The translations under genes and the position numbers were made by a program. From contig MEYR01000004.1 in NCBI GenBank assembly GCA_001774075.1, positions 1-39,476 on the forward strand: a stretch of 39,476 nt of DNA. The letters run 5' to 3'. The notes under the pieces were generated by a model. That model did not search any database. It worked only from the letters and a program-made list of their open reading frames with translations, and was not told the origin of the DNA. This DNA comes from Candidatus Azambacteria bacterium RIFCSPLOWO2_01_FULL_44_84 (GTDB taxonomy: Bacteria; Patescibacteriota; Minisyncoccia; UBA10092). Below, piece by piece: positions 1 through 8,438 of this stretch. Position 1 is the first letter of the stretch, and each line of letters opens with the position of its first letter.

Positions 1-495
1 CAAAAGTTTATATTTTGGATTTTCATATTTACGTGCGTTACGATATGGGTTTCTTTATTTTTTATTAATAATGCCTGGCCGGTCGAGCCGGCAAATTCTC
101 TCCCGGAAGTTGAAAGCTGGCGGGTTGTTGAAGAAGGCACCAATTTCGGCAACCTCTTTGTGACCAAATTCCATCAGGATCCGAATGATCCGGCTAAGCT
201 GGGGTTCACAATGTGGTTCCCCAATAAGGACAAGAACTTCGAATATGAGGTTTTTGTGAGAATGGTTGATTTTACGAAGAAAGATGGCGGAAAAATAGAT
301 ACTGCTCAGGCCAGAGGTTCCATTAAGCTGGAGAACGGCAATTGGAGCGAGGTTGTTTCCGGCAACAAAACTCTATTGAGTCTCGGCCTGTTTAACGGTG
401 AACGGGCGGCTATTTTCAGATCGACTGACGATCAAGGTGAAACCAAGGCATTTCGCGCCTTTTTGCTGAAAGATTTGGTGAAACCAAAAAATTAA
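1..495 (+). CDS. hypothetical membrane-anchored/secreted protein, 5-prime partial (start upstream of window)
   Basis: Frame 1 is open from base 1 to the TAA at 493-495. The first residues (QKFIFWIFIFTCVTIWVSLFFI) form a hydrophobic anchor, so the GTG at 160 used by the ORF track is probably internal. A hairpin terminator follows. No family recognised. Confidence 0.55.
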   Translation, partial: QKFIFWIFIFTCVTIWVSLFFINNAWPVEPANSLPEVESWRVVEEGTNFGNLFVTKFHQDPNDPAKLGFTMWFPNKDKNFEYEVFVRMVDFTKKDGGKIDTAQARGSIKLENGNWSEVVSGNKTLLSLGLFNGERAAIFRSTDDQGETKAFRAFLLKDLVKPKN

Positions 496-500
496 ATTAA

Positions 501-530
501 AAATCCCTTTTAAAAAGGGATTTTATTTTA
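501..530 (+). terminator. rho-independent terminator after the partial ORF
   Basis: 'aaatccctttt a aaaagggattt' palindrome followed by 'ttttatttta'. Confidence 0.6.
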
Positions 531-598
531 TCTAATTTTATCCATTATCACGCATATGCGCGATAATGGATACGATCTACCACGATTTATTTTGGGCT

Positions 599-2704
599 TT
601 ATTTTTCTTCTTCGACTTCGGTCTCATGGGGCTTCTTCCATGAAGCAAAGTCGCAGTCGGGCCAGCGCGAACAGCCGTAAAAGAATCGTCCTTTTTTGGT
701 CCGCCGTTTTACAATCTGTCCGGGATTATCCCGCTTTGCGGGATCTGGCGAAGCCAGACATTTCGGGCATGGCCCCAGTTTTTCCGCTTCTTTTTTCTCG
801 AGCGGGGCGGTGTATTTGCAGTCCGGAAATCCGGTGCAGGCATAAAACCTTCCGAAGCGGCCCATCCTAATCACCAATTCTTTGCCGCATTGTGGGCATT
901 TAAGATCGGTTTTTTCCGTGGTTACTTCTTTTTTGCTGAGTTCTTTTGTTTTTTTATCGAGGTTTTCTTTAAACGGAATCCAGAACTCTTTTACAACCGG
1001 TATCCATTCTTGTTTGCCTTCGGCGATACGGTCCAAGTCTTCTTCCATGCGCGCGGTAAACTGAATATCAACGATTTTTGGGAAATGTTCGGTTAAGATA
1101 TCGTTGACCAGGATTCCGATGTCGGTCGGTCTGAATCTTTTTTGCTCGTCTTTTTCCACGTAGCGGCGAATTTGGATAGTGGACATAATCGGCGCGTAAG
1201 TTGAAGGCCGGCCGATTCCGAATTCTTCAAGAGTTTTGATAAGCGTCGCTTCGTTGTAGCGCGCCGGAGGCTCGGTTTGGTGTTCAAGGGCCTCCGCTTT
1301 TTCCAATAATAATTTTTGGTTTTCTTTCAAATCCGGCAGTAAAATCTCCTCCATCTTTAACGGATAAACTCTCAGGAAACCGTCGAATTTAAGTTGCGAG
1401 CCGGAAGCTCTAAGGGTGTATTTGTCCGCTTTTATGTCAATTGAAGTGCTTGCTACAATTGTTTCCGGCATTTGCGACGCCATGAATCGTCTCCAAATCA
1501 AATCGTAAAGTTTGAATTGGCGGGGTTCCAGATATTTTTTCAGGCTTTCGGGATCACGGCCGGGATCCGCCGGCCTTACGGCCTCGTGAGCTTCTTGGGC
1601 TGATTTGGATTTAGTTTTGAACACACGCGTCGAATCCAGGGCGTAGCTTTTGCCGAACTCGGAAAGTATTTTTATTTTTGCCGCTTCCAGCGCCTCGACG
1701 GAAATGTTCACGGAATCGGTTCTCATGTAGGTAATAAGACCGGTTGGGCCTTCTTCGCCGATTTCAACGCCTTCATAAAGTTGCTGGGCGATCATCATTG
1801 TCTGCTTTGCCGACCATCTAAATCTCTGGAATGCCGCCTGCTGCATTGTTGAAGTTGTGAAAGGCGGCAGGGGAGAGCGCCTAACTTCTTTTGCCGTGAT
1901 TTTCTCTACTATAAAATCCGATTTTTTGAGTTCGGAAACAATGTCGTCGGCTTCTTCTTTTGTTTTTATGTCGAACTTGCCGACGGTTTTATTTTCTATT
2001 TTTACAAGACGTGTTTCGATCGGGTGAGAATTTTTTAGCAGGGCCGAAATCGTAAAATAAGTTTCCGGTTTGAAATTGAGCACCTCTCGTTCCCGTTCAA
2101 CAATGAGCCGGACCGCGACCGATTGCACTCGGCCGGCCGAGAGGCCGCGGGCGACTTTTTTCCACAAAAACGGAGAAAGTTTGTAGCCGACAAGCCGGTC
2201 TAGAATTCTGCGCGTCTGCTGGGCATCCACCAGATGTTCGTCAATGTTTCGCGGATGCTGAAGCGCTTTTTCGATGGCCGATTTGGTAATTTCGTGAAAA
2301 ACAATCCTTTCAACTTTCGGCATTTGGAGTTTGTCTGACTTCGCCAGATCTCGTGAAGCGGGAGAACTTGGAGTTTGTTTGTGATTTGTAATTTGTGATT
2401 TGGGTTTTTCCAAGCCAAGAGCTTGGATAAGGTGCCAAGAAATCGCTTCGCCTTCACGGTCTTCGTCAGTCGCGAGAATGACTTTTTTGGATTTTTTTAC
2501 TGCGGCCTTAAGCTCGGAAATTCTTTTTTTGGCTTTCGGAAGAATTGTATATTCGGGTTCGAAATCTTTCTCTACATCAATGCCGAGTTTCTTTTGCGGT
2601 AAATCCCGGACGTGTCCGTAGGAAGACTCAACGACAAAATCCCCCCCTAAAAATTTGGAGATTGTTTTCGCTTTTGTCGGAGATTCCACTATGACTAAGT
2701 TCAT
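599..2704 (-). CDS. topA: DNA topoisomerase I
   Basis: 701 aa. Toprim N-terminus 'MNLVIVESPTKAKTISKFLG..SYGHVRDLP', 'ATDEDREGEAISWHL', active-site region 'GLITYMRTDS', and two C-terminal Cys4 zinc ribbons. Confidence 0.97.
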   Translation of the reverse strand: MNLVIVESPTKAKTISKFLGGDFVVESSYGHVRDLPQKKLGIDVEKDFEPEYTILPKAKKRISELKAAVKKSKKVILATDEDREGEAISWHLIQALGLEKPKSQITNHKQTPSSPASRDLAKSDKLQMPKVERIVFHEITKSAIEKALQHPRNIDEHLVDAQQTRRILDRLVGYKLSPFLWKKVARGLSAGRVQSVAVRLIVEREREVLNFKPETYFTISALLKNSHPIETRLVKIENKTVGKFDIKTKEEADDIVSELKKSDFIVEKITAKEVRRSPLPPFTTSTMQQAAFQRFRWSAKQTMMIAQQLYEGVEIGEEGPTGLITYMRTDSVNISVEALEAAKIKILSEFGKSYALDSTRVFKTKSKSAQEAHEAVRPADPGRDPESLKKYLEPRQFKLYDLIWRRFMASQMPETIVASTSIDIKADKYTLRASGSQLKFDGFLRVYPLKMEEILLPDLKENQKLLLEKAEALEHQTEPPARYNEATLIKTLEEFGIGRPSTYAPIMSTIQIRRYVEKDEQKRFRPTDIGILVNDILTEHFPKIVDIQFTARMEEDLDRIAEGKQEWIPVVKEFWIPFKENLDKKTKELSKKEVTTEKTDLKCPQCGKELVIRMGRFGRFYACTGFPDCKYTAPLEKKEAEKLGPCPKCLASPDPAKRDNPGQIVKRRTKKGRFFYGCSRWPDCDFASWKKPHETEVEEEK
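729..760 (+). repeat. 32-nt core repeat (copy inside the topA zinc-ribbon coding region, antisense to topA)
   Basis: 'tcccgctttgcgggatctggcgaagccagaca' is near-identical to the reverse complement of 2332-2363 and to 29315-29346. Confidence 0.8.
2332..2363 (-). repeat. 32-nt core repeat (copy in the topA N-terminal insertion, sense to topA)
   Basis: The minus strand reads 'tcccgcttcacgagatctggcgaagtcagaca', flanked by 'caaatcacaaattacaaatcacaaac' and 'caaactccaaa' word repeats. Confidence 0.8.
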
Positions 2705-3582
2705 TTTACGGTGTATTTCCCGCCGACTTTTCGGATGATTCCTTTTATCTCAAGCATTGAGATTAGAATATTCATTTGAGAGGCGGTTATTTTATTCTCT
2801 TGTATTAGTTCTTCGGCTGTTTTTGGTTCGTTCGCGAGTATAGTCGCAATTTTTAACTCATCTTCAGCCAGGTTGTCAAATCTGCCTGTCACTTGTTGCT
2901 TGTCGCTTGTCACTATTTTAAATCCCAATTCTTCCATTATATCACGAGCGTCCGTCACAATCTTGGCTCCTTCTTTGATAAGCCGGTTCGGGCCGTAAGA
3001 AGTCGGTCGGCCAATGGGGCCGGGGACGGCAAAGACGTCCCGATTTTGTTCAAGCGCGAAGTTTGCCGTTATTAACGCTCCGGATTTTTCGCGGGCTTCT
3101 ACAACAACCGTCCCGAGCGAAAGACCCGAAATGATCCTATTGCGCTGGGGAAAATGGTGAGGAAGTGCTGGCGTGCCGGGAGAAAACTCGGAAATAATCA
3201 CGCCGCAGTCTTCGTCTAAAATTCTTTTGGCGAGCTTAATGTTTGAAGTCGGGTAAATAACGTCAACTCCGGTTCCCAGAACCGCAATTGTTCTACCGCC
3301 AGCATCCAGGGCCCCCTTGTGGGCCTCGGTGTCGATTCCCTGCGCCAGGCCGCTGACTATCGTGACTCCGGCGCCGGCGAGCTGGAAGGCCAATTCGTAA
3401 GCGTTCTTTAATCCTTCGGAGGTAGCGATGCGCGCTCCGACAATCGCAACGGCATTTTTGTCCCGCGGCTCAATAGACCCTCTTACATATAGTAATTGCG
3501 GCGGCAGGACTGTCTCTTTCAGGAGAAACGGATAATCTTTATCCGTAAATTTTATTATTTTAAAATTTTCTTTTCCGCGCAT
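2701..3582 (-). CDS. dprA: DNA-processing protein DprA/Smf
   Basis: 293 aa. 'VAIVGARIATSEG', 'GLAQGIDTEAHKGAL', 'AVLGTGVDVIYP'. ATGA stop/start overlap with topA. Confidence 0.92.
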   Translation of the reverse strand: MRGKENFKIIKFTDKDYPFLLKETVLPPQLLYVRGSIEPRDKNAVAIVGARIATSEGLKNAYELAFQLAGAGVTIVSGLAQGIDTEAHKGALDAGGRTIAVLGTGVDVIYPTSNIKLAKRILDEDCGVIISEFSPGTPALPHHFPQRNRIISGLSLGTVVVEAREKSGALITANFALEQNRDVFAVPGPIGRPTSYGPNRLIKEGAKIVTDARDIMEELGFKIVTSDKQQVTGRFDNLAEDELKIATILANEPKTAEELIQENKITASQMNILISMLEIKGIIRKVGGKYTVK

Positions 3583-3691
3583 GCTACTGACTTTAACATT
3601 TTAAAAAGCTCTTTTGCAAAAAATGCTGACGAGCGCCGCCTGCTCGGAAGGTTTCGAGAAAAGATATCTGACTCGCTTTCTAGAATCCCAA

Positions 3692-3735
3692 AAGCGTTCT
3701 GCCTTGCTGCTTTGAGGAAGCAAGGCAGAACGCTT
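3692..3735. repeat. perfect 16-bp stem hairpin in the dprA/moxR divergent spacer
   Basis: 'aagcgttctgccttgc' (3692-3707), 12-nt loop, 'gcaaggcagaacgctt' (3720-3735). Confidence 0.85.
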
Positions 3736-3840
3736 ATTAAGACTTTAATTGACAGGAGCTTGTTTTCATTTTATTTTAAAGCCAAGCTGACTATTTTAGG
3801 ATAGTCCGCCGTCCCTTAACAATTAAAAGAGGCAAGCACG

Positions 3841-4866
3841 ATGGAAAGAAATCGAGGAAGGCCTGAACGTTTTGACTTCTTTGTTGATAAGCTGCGTCAG
3901 GCTAAAGCCGAGATGCAGAAAGTGATCGTCGGCCAGGAGGAGATGGTTAACTGCTATTTAGCCGCGCTGATTATCGGCGGCCACATCTGGAGCGAGGGGC
4001 CGCCCGGCGTTGGGAAGACTTTGGGCGCTCGCACATTCGCCAAGATTCTGGATATTGAATTCAAAGCCATTCAGTTCACGCCGGATCTTTTACCTACGGA
4101 TATTAAAATTGCCGTTGACTTGCTTTCCGAATCCGATTCCGGCGATGTTCAGGGAGAAGCCGCTTTTTTACTTAAGAAAGTCATCCGCGGCGTTGTCTTC
4201 ACTAATTTTCTTTTGGTGGACGAAGCCAACCGCGCGCCCCAAAAAGTTCAGGCGGCGCTTCTTGAAGTTATGCAGGAGCGCGAAGTTAAGACCGGCGCCA
4301 AGACTCACAAACTCGACAGGCCTTACATGGTGGCCCTGACTTCAAACTTCATTGAACATGAAGGGACTTACGGTATTTCCGAAGCTTTGGCCGACCGTGT
4401 GACTTTGAAAACACGACTTGATTATCCATCCTTTGAGGAAGAATGCCGAGTCGCCGCCATGCGCAAAGACATTGAAGCTGATAGAATCAACCTTAAAAAG
4501 GTTTTTACGAAAGAAGAAATCGTCGAGATGCAGGACTTATTTGATTCGCTTTACCGTTACGCGCCCAATCATCCCTTGACCGAATACGCGGTCGGTATCG
4601 CGCGCGCCGTGAGAGTCCAGAAGGATTTTGTGACCTACGGGCCGACTCCGCGAGGTTCAGCCGATCTTTTGGTTTCCGCGTCGGCTCTTGCAATGATCGA
4701 GGGGACTCTGGAAGTGAGTCCGGACCATGTCAAGAAAATGGCTTTGTCGGCTTTACGCGGCACGTTCAACCTTAAGGCTGACCCCGAGCATGGCGGAAAA
4801 GATCACGACCAAATTATCACCGAAGCTATTGAAAGCGTTAAGGTATTTTCCGAGAAGCGGTCATGA
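3841..4866 (+). CDS. MoxR-family AAA+ ATPase
   Basis: 341 aa. Walker A 'GPPGVGKT', Walker B/sensor 'LLVDEANRAPQKVQAALLEVMQE', N-terminal 'VIVGQEEMV'. Confidence 0.9.
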   Translation: MERNRGRPERFDFFVDKLRQAKAEMQKVIVGQEEMVNCYLAALIIGGHIWSEGPPGVGKTLGARTFAKILDIEFKAIQFTPDLLPTDIKIAVDLLSESDSGDVQGEAAFLLKKVIRGVVFTNFLLVDEANRAPQKVQAALLEVMQEREVKTGAKTHKLDRPYMVALTSNFIEHEGTYGISEALADRVTLKTRLDYPSFEEECRVAAMRKDIEADRINLKKVFTKEEIVEMQDLFDSLYRYAPNHPLTEYAVGIARAVRVQKDFVTYGPTPRGSADLLVSASALAMIEGTLEVSPDHVKKMALSALRGTFNLKADPEHGGKDHDQIITEAIESVKVFSEKRS

Positions 4867-5711
4867 GGGGCCACTTAAGAATTTATCTTAGGCGGTTTGT
4901 TTCCGGGCTGATTGGCGGCATCTATCGTTCCAATGAACCAGGAAGCGGCGGTTATGAACTTAAAGAACTGAAAGAGTTCGGCATTGGAGACGACGTCTCG
5001 GCCGTTAACTTTCTTACGAGCATCAAGCGGGGAAAAGTGTTCTTGGTTTTACGCGAACCGGAGCGGGCTGTCAGGATCCTGTTTCTAGTGGACCTTTCAC
5101 GATCGGGGAAGTTTGGATCATCCGGCGCTTCAGCGTTGGATCTTCAAGCTTCCCTTTTGTCTATATTGAGTGAGGCCGCAGCCGAAGGCACTAATCAAAT
5201 TGGACTTCTGGCGTTTACTTCCCGCGTGGAAAACTTCTGGAAGCCGCGGGTAGGGCTCGGCAGGTTTCTTAGTAGGGTCCAAAAAGCCGCCGGTTTTACC
5301 GATTTGAAATCGGGCACCGATTTAAAGGTTGCGTTTGATTTCGCGGTAAAGTTGAAAAGCCGTCCGGACCTGACCATAATTTGTTCCGACTTTTTGGCGG
5401 AAGAAAATTACAACGAATCATTGGCGCGGCTTAAGTCAAAAAGCGATGTCGTGGCGCTGTTGCTGACCGATCCGAAGGAAAGAGAATTGGAGGCGCCTTG
5501 GGGCGGCCATATATCAATACGCGATTTGGAAAGCAGGGCCTTTAAAAACGTCGGCGGAGTCAAAGTCGATATCTGGCCGGGCGAGGAAACGCTCAAACGG
5601 TCGGCCGTCGATTACGAAGTTTTTTCAACTTCTGACGATAGTGAAGCTCAGAAGGCAAGGTTGCAGCGGCTGTTTGAAAAGAGGCGTATCGCGGGGGTGA
5701 GACTGAAATGA
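4863..5711 (+). CDS. DUF58-like (vWA-fold) protein, MoxR partner
   Basis: 282 aa. ATGA overlap with the MoxR gene. 'EFGIGDDVSAVNF..' followed by 'ILFLVDLSRSG' fits the DUF58 pattern. Confidence 0.75.
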   Translation: MRGHLRIYLRRFVSGLIGGIYRSNEPGSGGYELKELKEFGIGDDVSAVNFLTSIKRGKVFLVLREPERAVRILFLVDLSRSGKFGSSGASALDLQASLLSILSEAAAEGTNQIGLLAFTSRVENFWKPRVGLGRFLSRVQKAAGFTDLKSGTDLKVAFDFAVKLKSRPDLTIICSDFLAEENYNESLARLKSKSDVVALLLTDPKERELEAPWGGHISIRDLESRAFKNVGGVKVDIWPGEETLKRSAVDYEVFSTSDDSEAQKARLQRLFEKRRIAGVRLK

Positions 5712-7972
5712 AGCGGCCGGCCATCTTAATCTTAGTTTTTCTGGCCGGCGTATTTTTAGTCGGTTTTGAGCCATCAACTTTTGCCCAAACAGCATATACT
5801 GCTCAACAGCACTGCGCCGACGGCAAAGATAAAATTGTTGTCGCCAACAGCAACAGAACCAATGCTTTCGCGAGCGGCCAGAATGCCGTTGGCGTCATTA
5901 TTTTCGAATTTTCTCTGGAGTATCTTGTCTGCAAGGAAAAAAGCCCGAAAATTATTGAAACCAAAGAATTGATTCTTTCCGTTGCTGGCGCCAATCTTCT
6001 TGAAATCGAGGACTTCGCTCGAATTTACGTCAAAGATGAGAACGGGAAAGTCTATCCTGCAAGGATTGAAAAAACATCAAATGTTTTTGACTGGAGAGTG
6101 GTCGCTGACCTCGGCACGCGGCTTGAAAGTCAGAAGGCAAGAAAATTCCGGGTCTTTGCCGATTTGCCGAAAATGAAGCCCGGGGCCAGCTTTAACATCA
6201 CTTTCCATACCGGCAAGATGAGCCACTTCATGACCGCCGATGGCAAGACAATTGTTGCCAGCGACCAGACGGGAATGGCCGTTGCGCATTTCAATGGCAA
6301 TCGGCCGCCAAAGTTATATTGGACGGATTACAGCCAGGGCGTGAAATCCGCGGTGTCGCCCTTTTCCGGGCTTTCCGGCGAGCAGTTTGAATTCAGGATC
6401 AAGTACGGCGATGAAGACAATGAAGCGCCTAAGGCCGCGCAGGTCTGGGTCGACTTAAACGGCGATGGTAAATATCAGGCTAATGAAAAGTTCAATATGG
6501 CCATGGTCAATTCGGATCAGAAAAATTTTAGCCAAGGCGACGGCGTTGAATATTTCCGGACATTCCGGATTGTCGTTAAAAAGCCGCAAACCGTAAAGTT
6601 CAGATTCTACTTTACCGACAGTAAACTTGAGGCCGAAAGCAGTGTTCGTGTTGTGAACGAATACTCGTCTGAAGCGGCAAGACAGAAGCCGACGGATGAA
6701 TACAGTTTTACCATTGGCACGCCCGTAGCTTTTGGGTCGGTCCAACTCACCGGCGACAAATTTGTAAAAGGAGAGCCGGTCAAAATAGTTCTGCCGGTGT
6801 TCTATCTGTATCGCGATCTTGAAGTTGACTGGGCAAGCATTGCCCGCAACAACTTTGGACCGTTCAAGCTCCTGCGATGGCAGCTTGGCCGCCGCGGGAT
6901 AGCGAGTCCCGAGTATAAACTTCCGGCCGAAAATTTTGACTTCCAGGAAATTATTTTGTTCCTGGGCACGAGCGGCATTAAGACGAGCGCGGTAAATTTC
7001 CCGGCGCTGAAAATCAGCTATGGCATTAAAGACGCGAAGGGCCAATTTAAAACCCAAAGCGAAAAGTTGGCGTTTCAAAACGTAAAACTGCGGATTGAAA
7101 ATAGCGTCACCAACACTCTGATAAGAGTGGGCGATCAGTTTGTCTACTCGCTGAAGATAATCAGGCTGCCCGATTATGAGCTGGCGGATTTCAAACCCCA
7201 AGAGATGACATTTGAACCTTTTGAAACTTTGAAGTTCGCGAAACAAAGCGATAATCGCGATTTGTACATCGTTGACACTTATGTTTGGACCCTGGCAAGT
7301 TATTATGCCATATCCGATCCGATTCCTTTGCCGAGCTTTGAAATTAGCTGGCGTAAAGTCGCTGGCAAGAAAAATAACGTCCATAAGATTGAATCAGTAA
7401 TGGTCGAAATGGTTCCTATTTTGGGGAAGAACGACAAGGTAATGTCCCAATGGGACACGGGCGCGCGGCCTTGGCCTCCGCTCGCGACTTATCTTTTTAG
7501 TGTTCTGCCGATTGCTCTTGGCGGCGCGGTGCTTGTTGCGTTTTTCGGCTTTTGGGCGGTCAGACGCTTGATGGTCTGGCTCGCGATATGGCAGGAAAGC
7601 AATTACAGGGTTTTTAGGGCAAACCGCCGCAAAGCCCTGCGCCTCATCAAGTCGCTGCTCGGTCAGTTGGAAGGCAGTCTCGTTGAGCTTCTCAACTGCG
7701 TTAAAGTTTTGATCGGGCTCAATTTCGGCCTAACGTCGGAAGCGGCGCAGGCGATGACCGCGTCGGAAATCGAAACTCTGTTATCGATTCGGGGCAATTC
7801 CAAATATCAAGCCCTTAAAGATCGACTCACGGTCAAAGGCACCAATCTATTCGTGCCCAAACTTTTGGAGAAAGCGATTCTCCGGGACGAAGCAGAAGTT
7901 CTTTACTTTGAACAAGTGCTTCTGTGCGTGAAGGCATTCTTGAGAAAAACCAAATACAACCCGCCGGATTAA
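5708..7972 (+). CDS. large secreted, C-terminally membrane-anchored protein (BatD-like position)
   Basis: 754 aa. ATGA overlap with the DUF58 gene. Signal peptide 'MKRPAILILVFLAGVFLVGFEPSTFAQ', late TM 'YLFSVLPIALGGAVLVAFFGFWAV'. The family assignment is only positional. Confidence 0.7.
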   Translation: MKRPAILILVFLAGVFLVGFEPSTFAQTAYTAQQHCADGKDKIVVANSNRTNAFASGQNAVGVIIFEFSLEYLVCKEKSPKIIETKELILSVAGANLLEIEDFARIYVKDENGKVYPARIEKTSNVFDWRVVADLGTRLESQKARKFRVFADLPKMKPGASFNITFHTGKMSHFMTADGKTIVASDQTGMAVAHFNGNRPPKLYWTDYSQGVKSAVSPFSGLSGEQFEFRIKYGDEDNEAPKAAQVWVDLNGDGKYQANEKFNMAMVNSDQKNFSQGDGVEYFRTFRIVVKKPQTVKFRFYFTDSKLEAESSVRVVNEYSSEAARQKPTDEYSFTIGTPVAFGSVQLTGDKFVKGEPVKIVLPVFYLYRDLEVDWASIARNNFGPFKLLRWQLGRRGIASPEYKLPAENFDFQEIILFLGTSGIKTSAVNFPALKISYGIKDAKGQFKTQSEKLAFQNVKLRIENSVTNTLIRVGDQFVYSLKIIRLPDYELADFKPQEMTFEPFETLKFAKQSDNRDLYIVDTYVWTLASYYAISDPIPLPSFEISWRKVAGKKNNVHKIESVMVEMVPILGKNDKVMSQWDTGARPWPPLATYLFSVLPIALGGAVLVAFFGFWAVRRLMVWLAIWQESNYRVFRANRRKALRLIKSLLGQLEGSLVELLNCVKVLIGLNFGLTSEAAQAMTASEIETLLSIRGNSKYQALKDRLTVKGTNLFVPKLLEKAILRDEAEVLYFEQVLLCVKAFLRKTKYNPPD

Positions 7973-7991
7973 TCTCGGTGGGTTTTTTTTA
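7959..7991 (+). terminator. rho-independent terminator
   Basis: 'acccgccg'..'cggtgggt' stem followed by a T8 run; it overlaps the stop codon. Confidence 0.7.
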
Positions 7992-8182
7992 TTACAGTTT
8001 CTGATTGAGTTACTCATCCCACCCCGATTGTCTTTCCGAACCGGGTGTTCTCTTGCTCCAGCGGCAAGAGCCACCACTGCTCTCTCGGCTCAAAACTTCG
8101 CCTGCGGCGAAGACCAAGCTTTTTCGCCTCCGAGAGCTTCTCCAAGACAACCGGGTGGGCTTCATTAATTAGTTTTTAAAAT

Positions 8183-8350
8183 GAGGCGACTAGATGTAAT
8201 TTTTAGCAGGCTACTTTTGCGAGCGGCCAAGGTCTCCGATAAATATCGGAGGAGCGAGAAAAAGTGATCCGAGCCGACGGGCTCGGAGAGTTACTGAGCG
8301 AGTCTCGGGGGGATGAGCGAGGGGTGCTAAAAAATACATCTAGTCGCCTC
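8183..8350 (+). mobile_element. MITE-like element with about 25-bp terminal inverted repeats, copy 1
   Basis: Ends are 'gaggcgactagatgtaatttttagca' and 'tgctaaaaaatacatctagtcgcctc'. The interior aligns to the reverse complement of 14339-14495. Confidence 0.8.
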
Positions 8351-8438
8351 CTTCTACCAGTAAGTTGCATTTTCTCAAATTTTATGGCATTTTAATGGCA
8401 AATTCCGGTTCATTGATAATTCGAAACAAGGGAAGGCA

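Noticed and set aside
556-870. The 104-aa plus-strand ORF overlapping the topA 3-prime end
   Set aside because: It is antisense to the conserved TopA zinc-ribbon region. It is open partly because it runs through the stop-free palindromic core repeat.
6455-7384. The 309-aa antisense ORF inside the 754-aa gene
   Set aside because: It is fully embedded antisense to a gene that has a signal peptide, operon coupling and a terminator. It has no SD and its composition is unremarkable. It is a typical shadow ORF.
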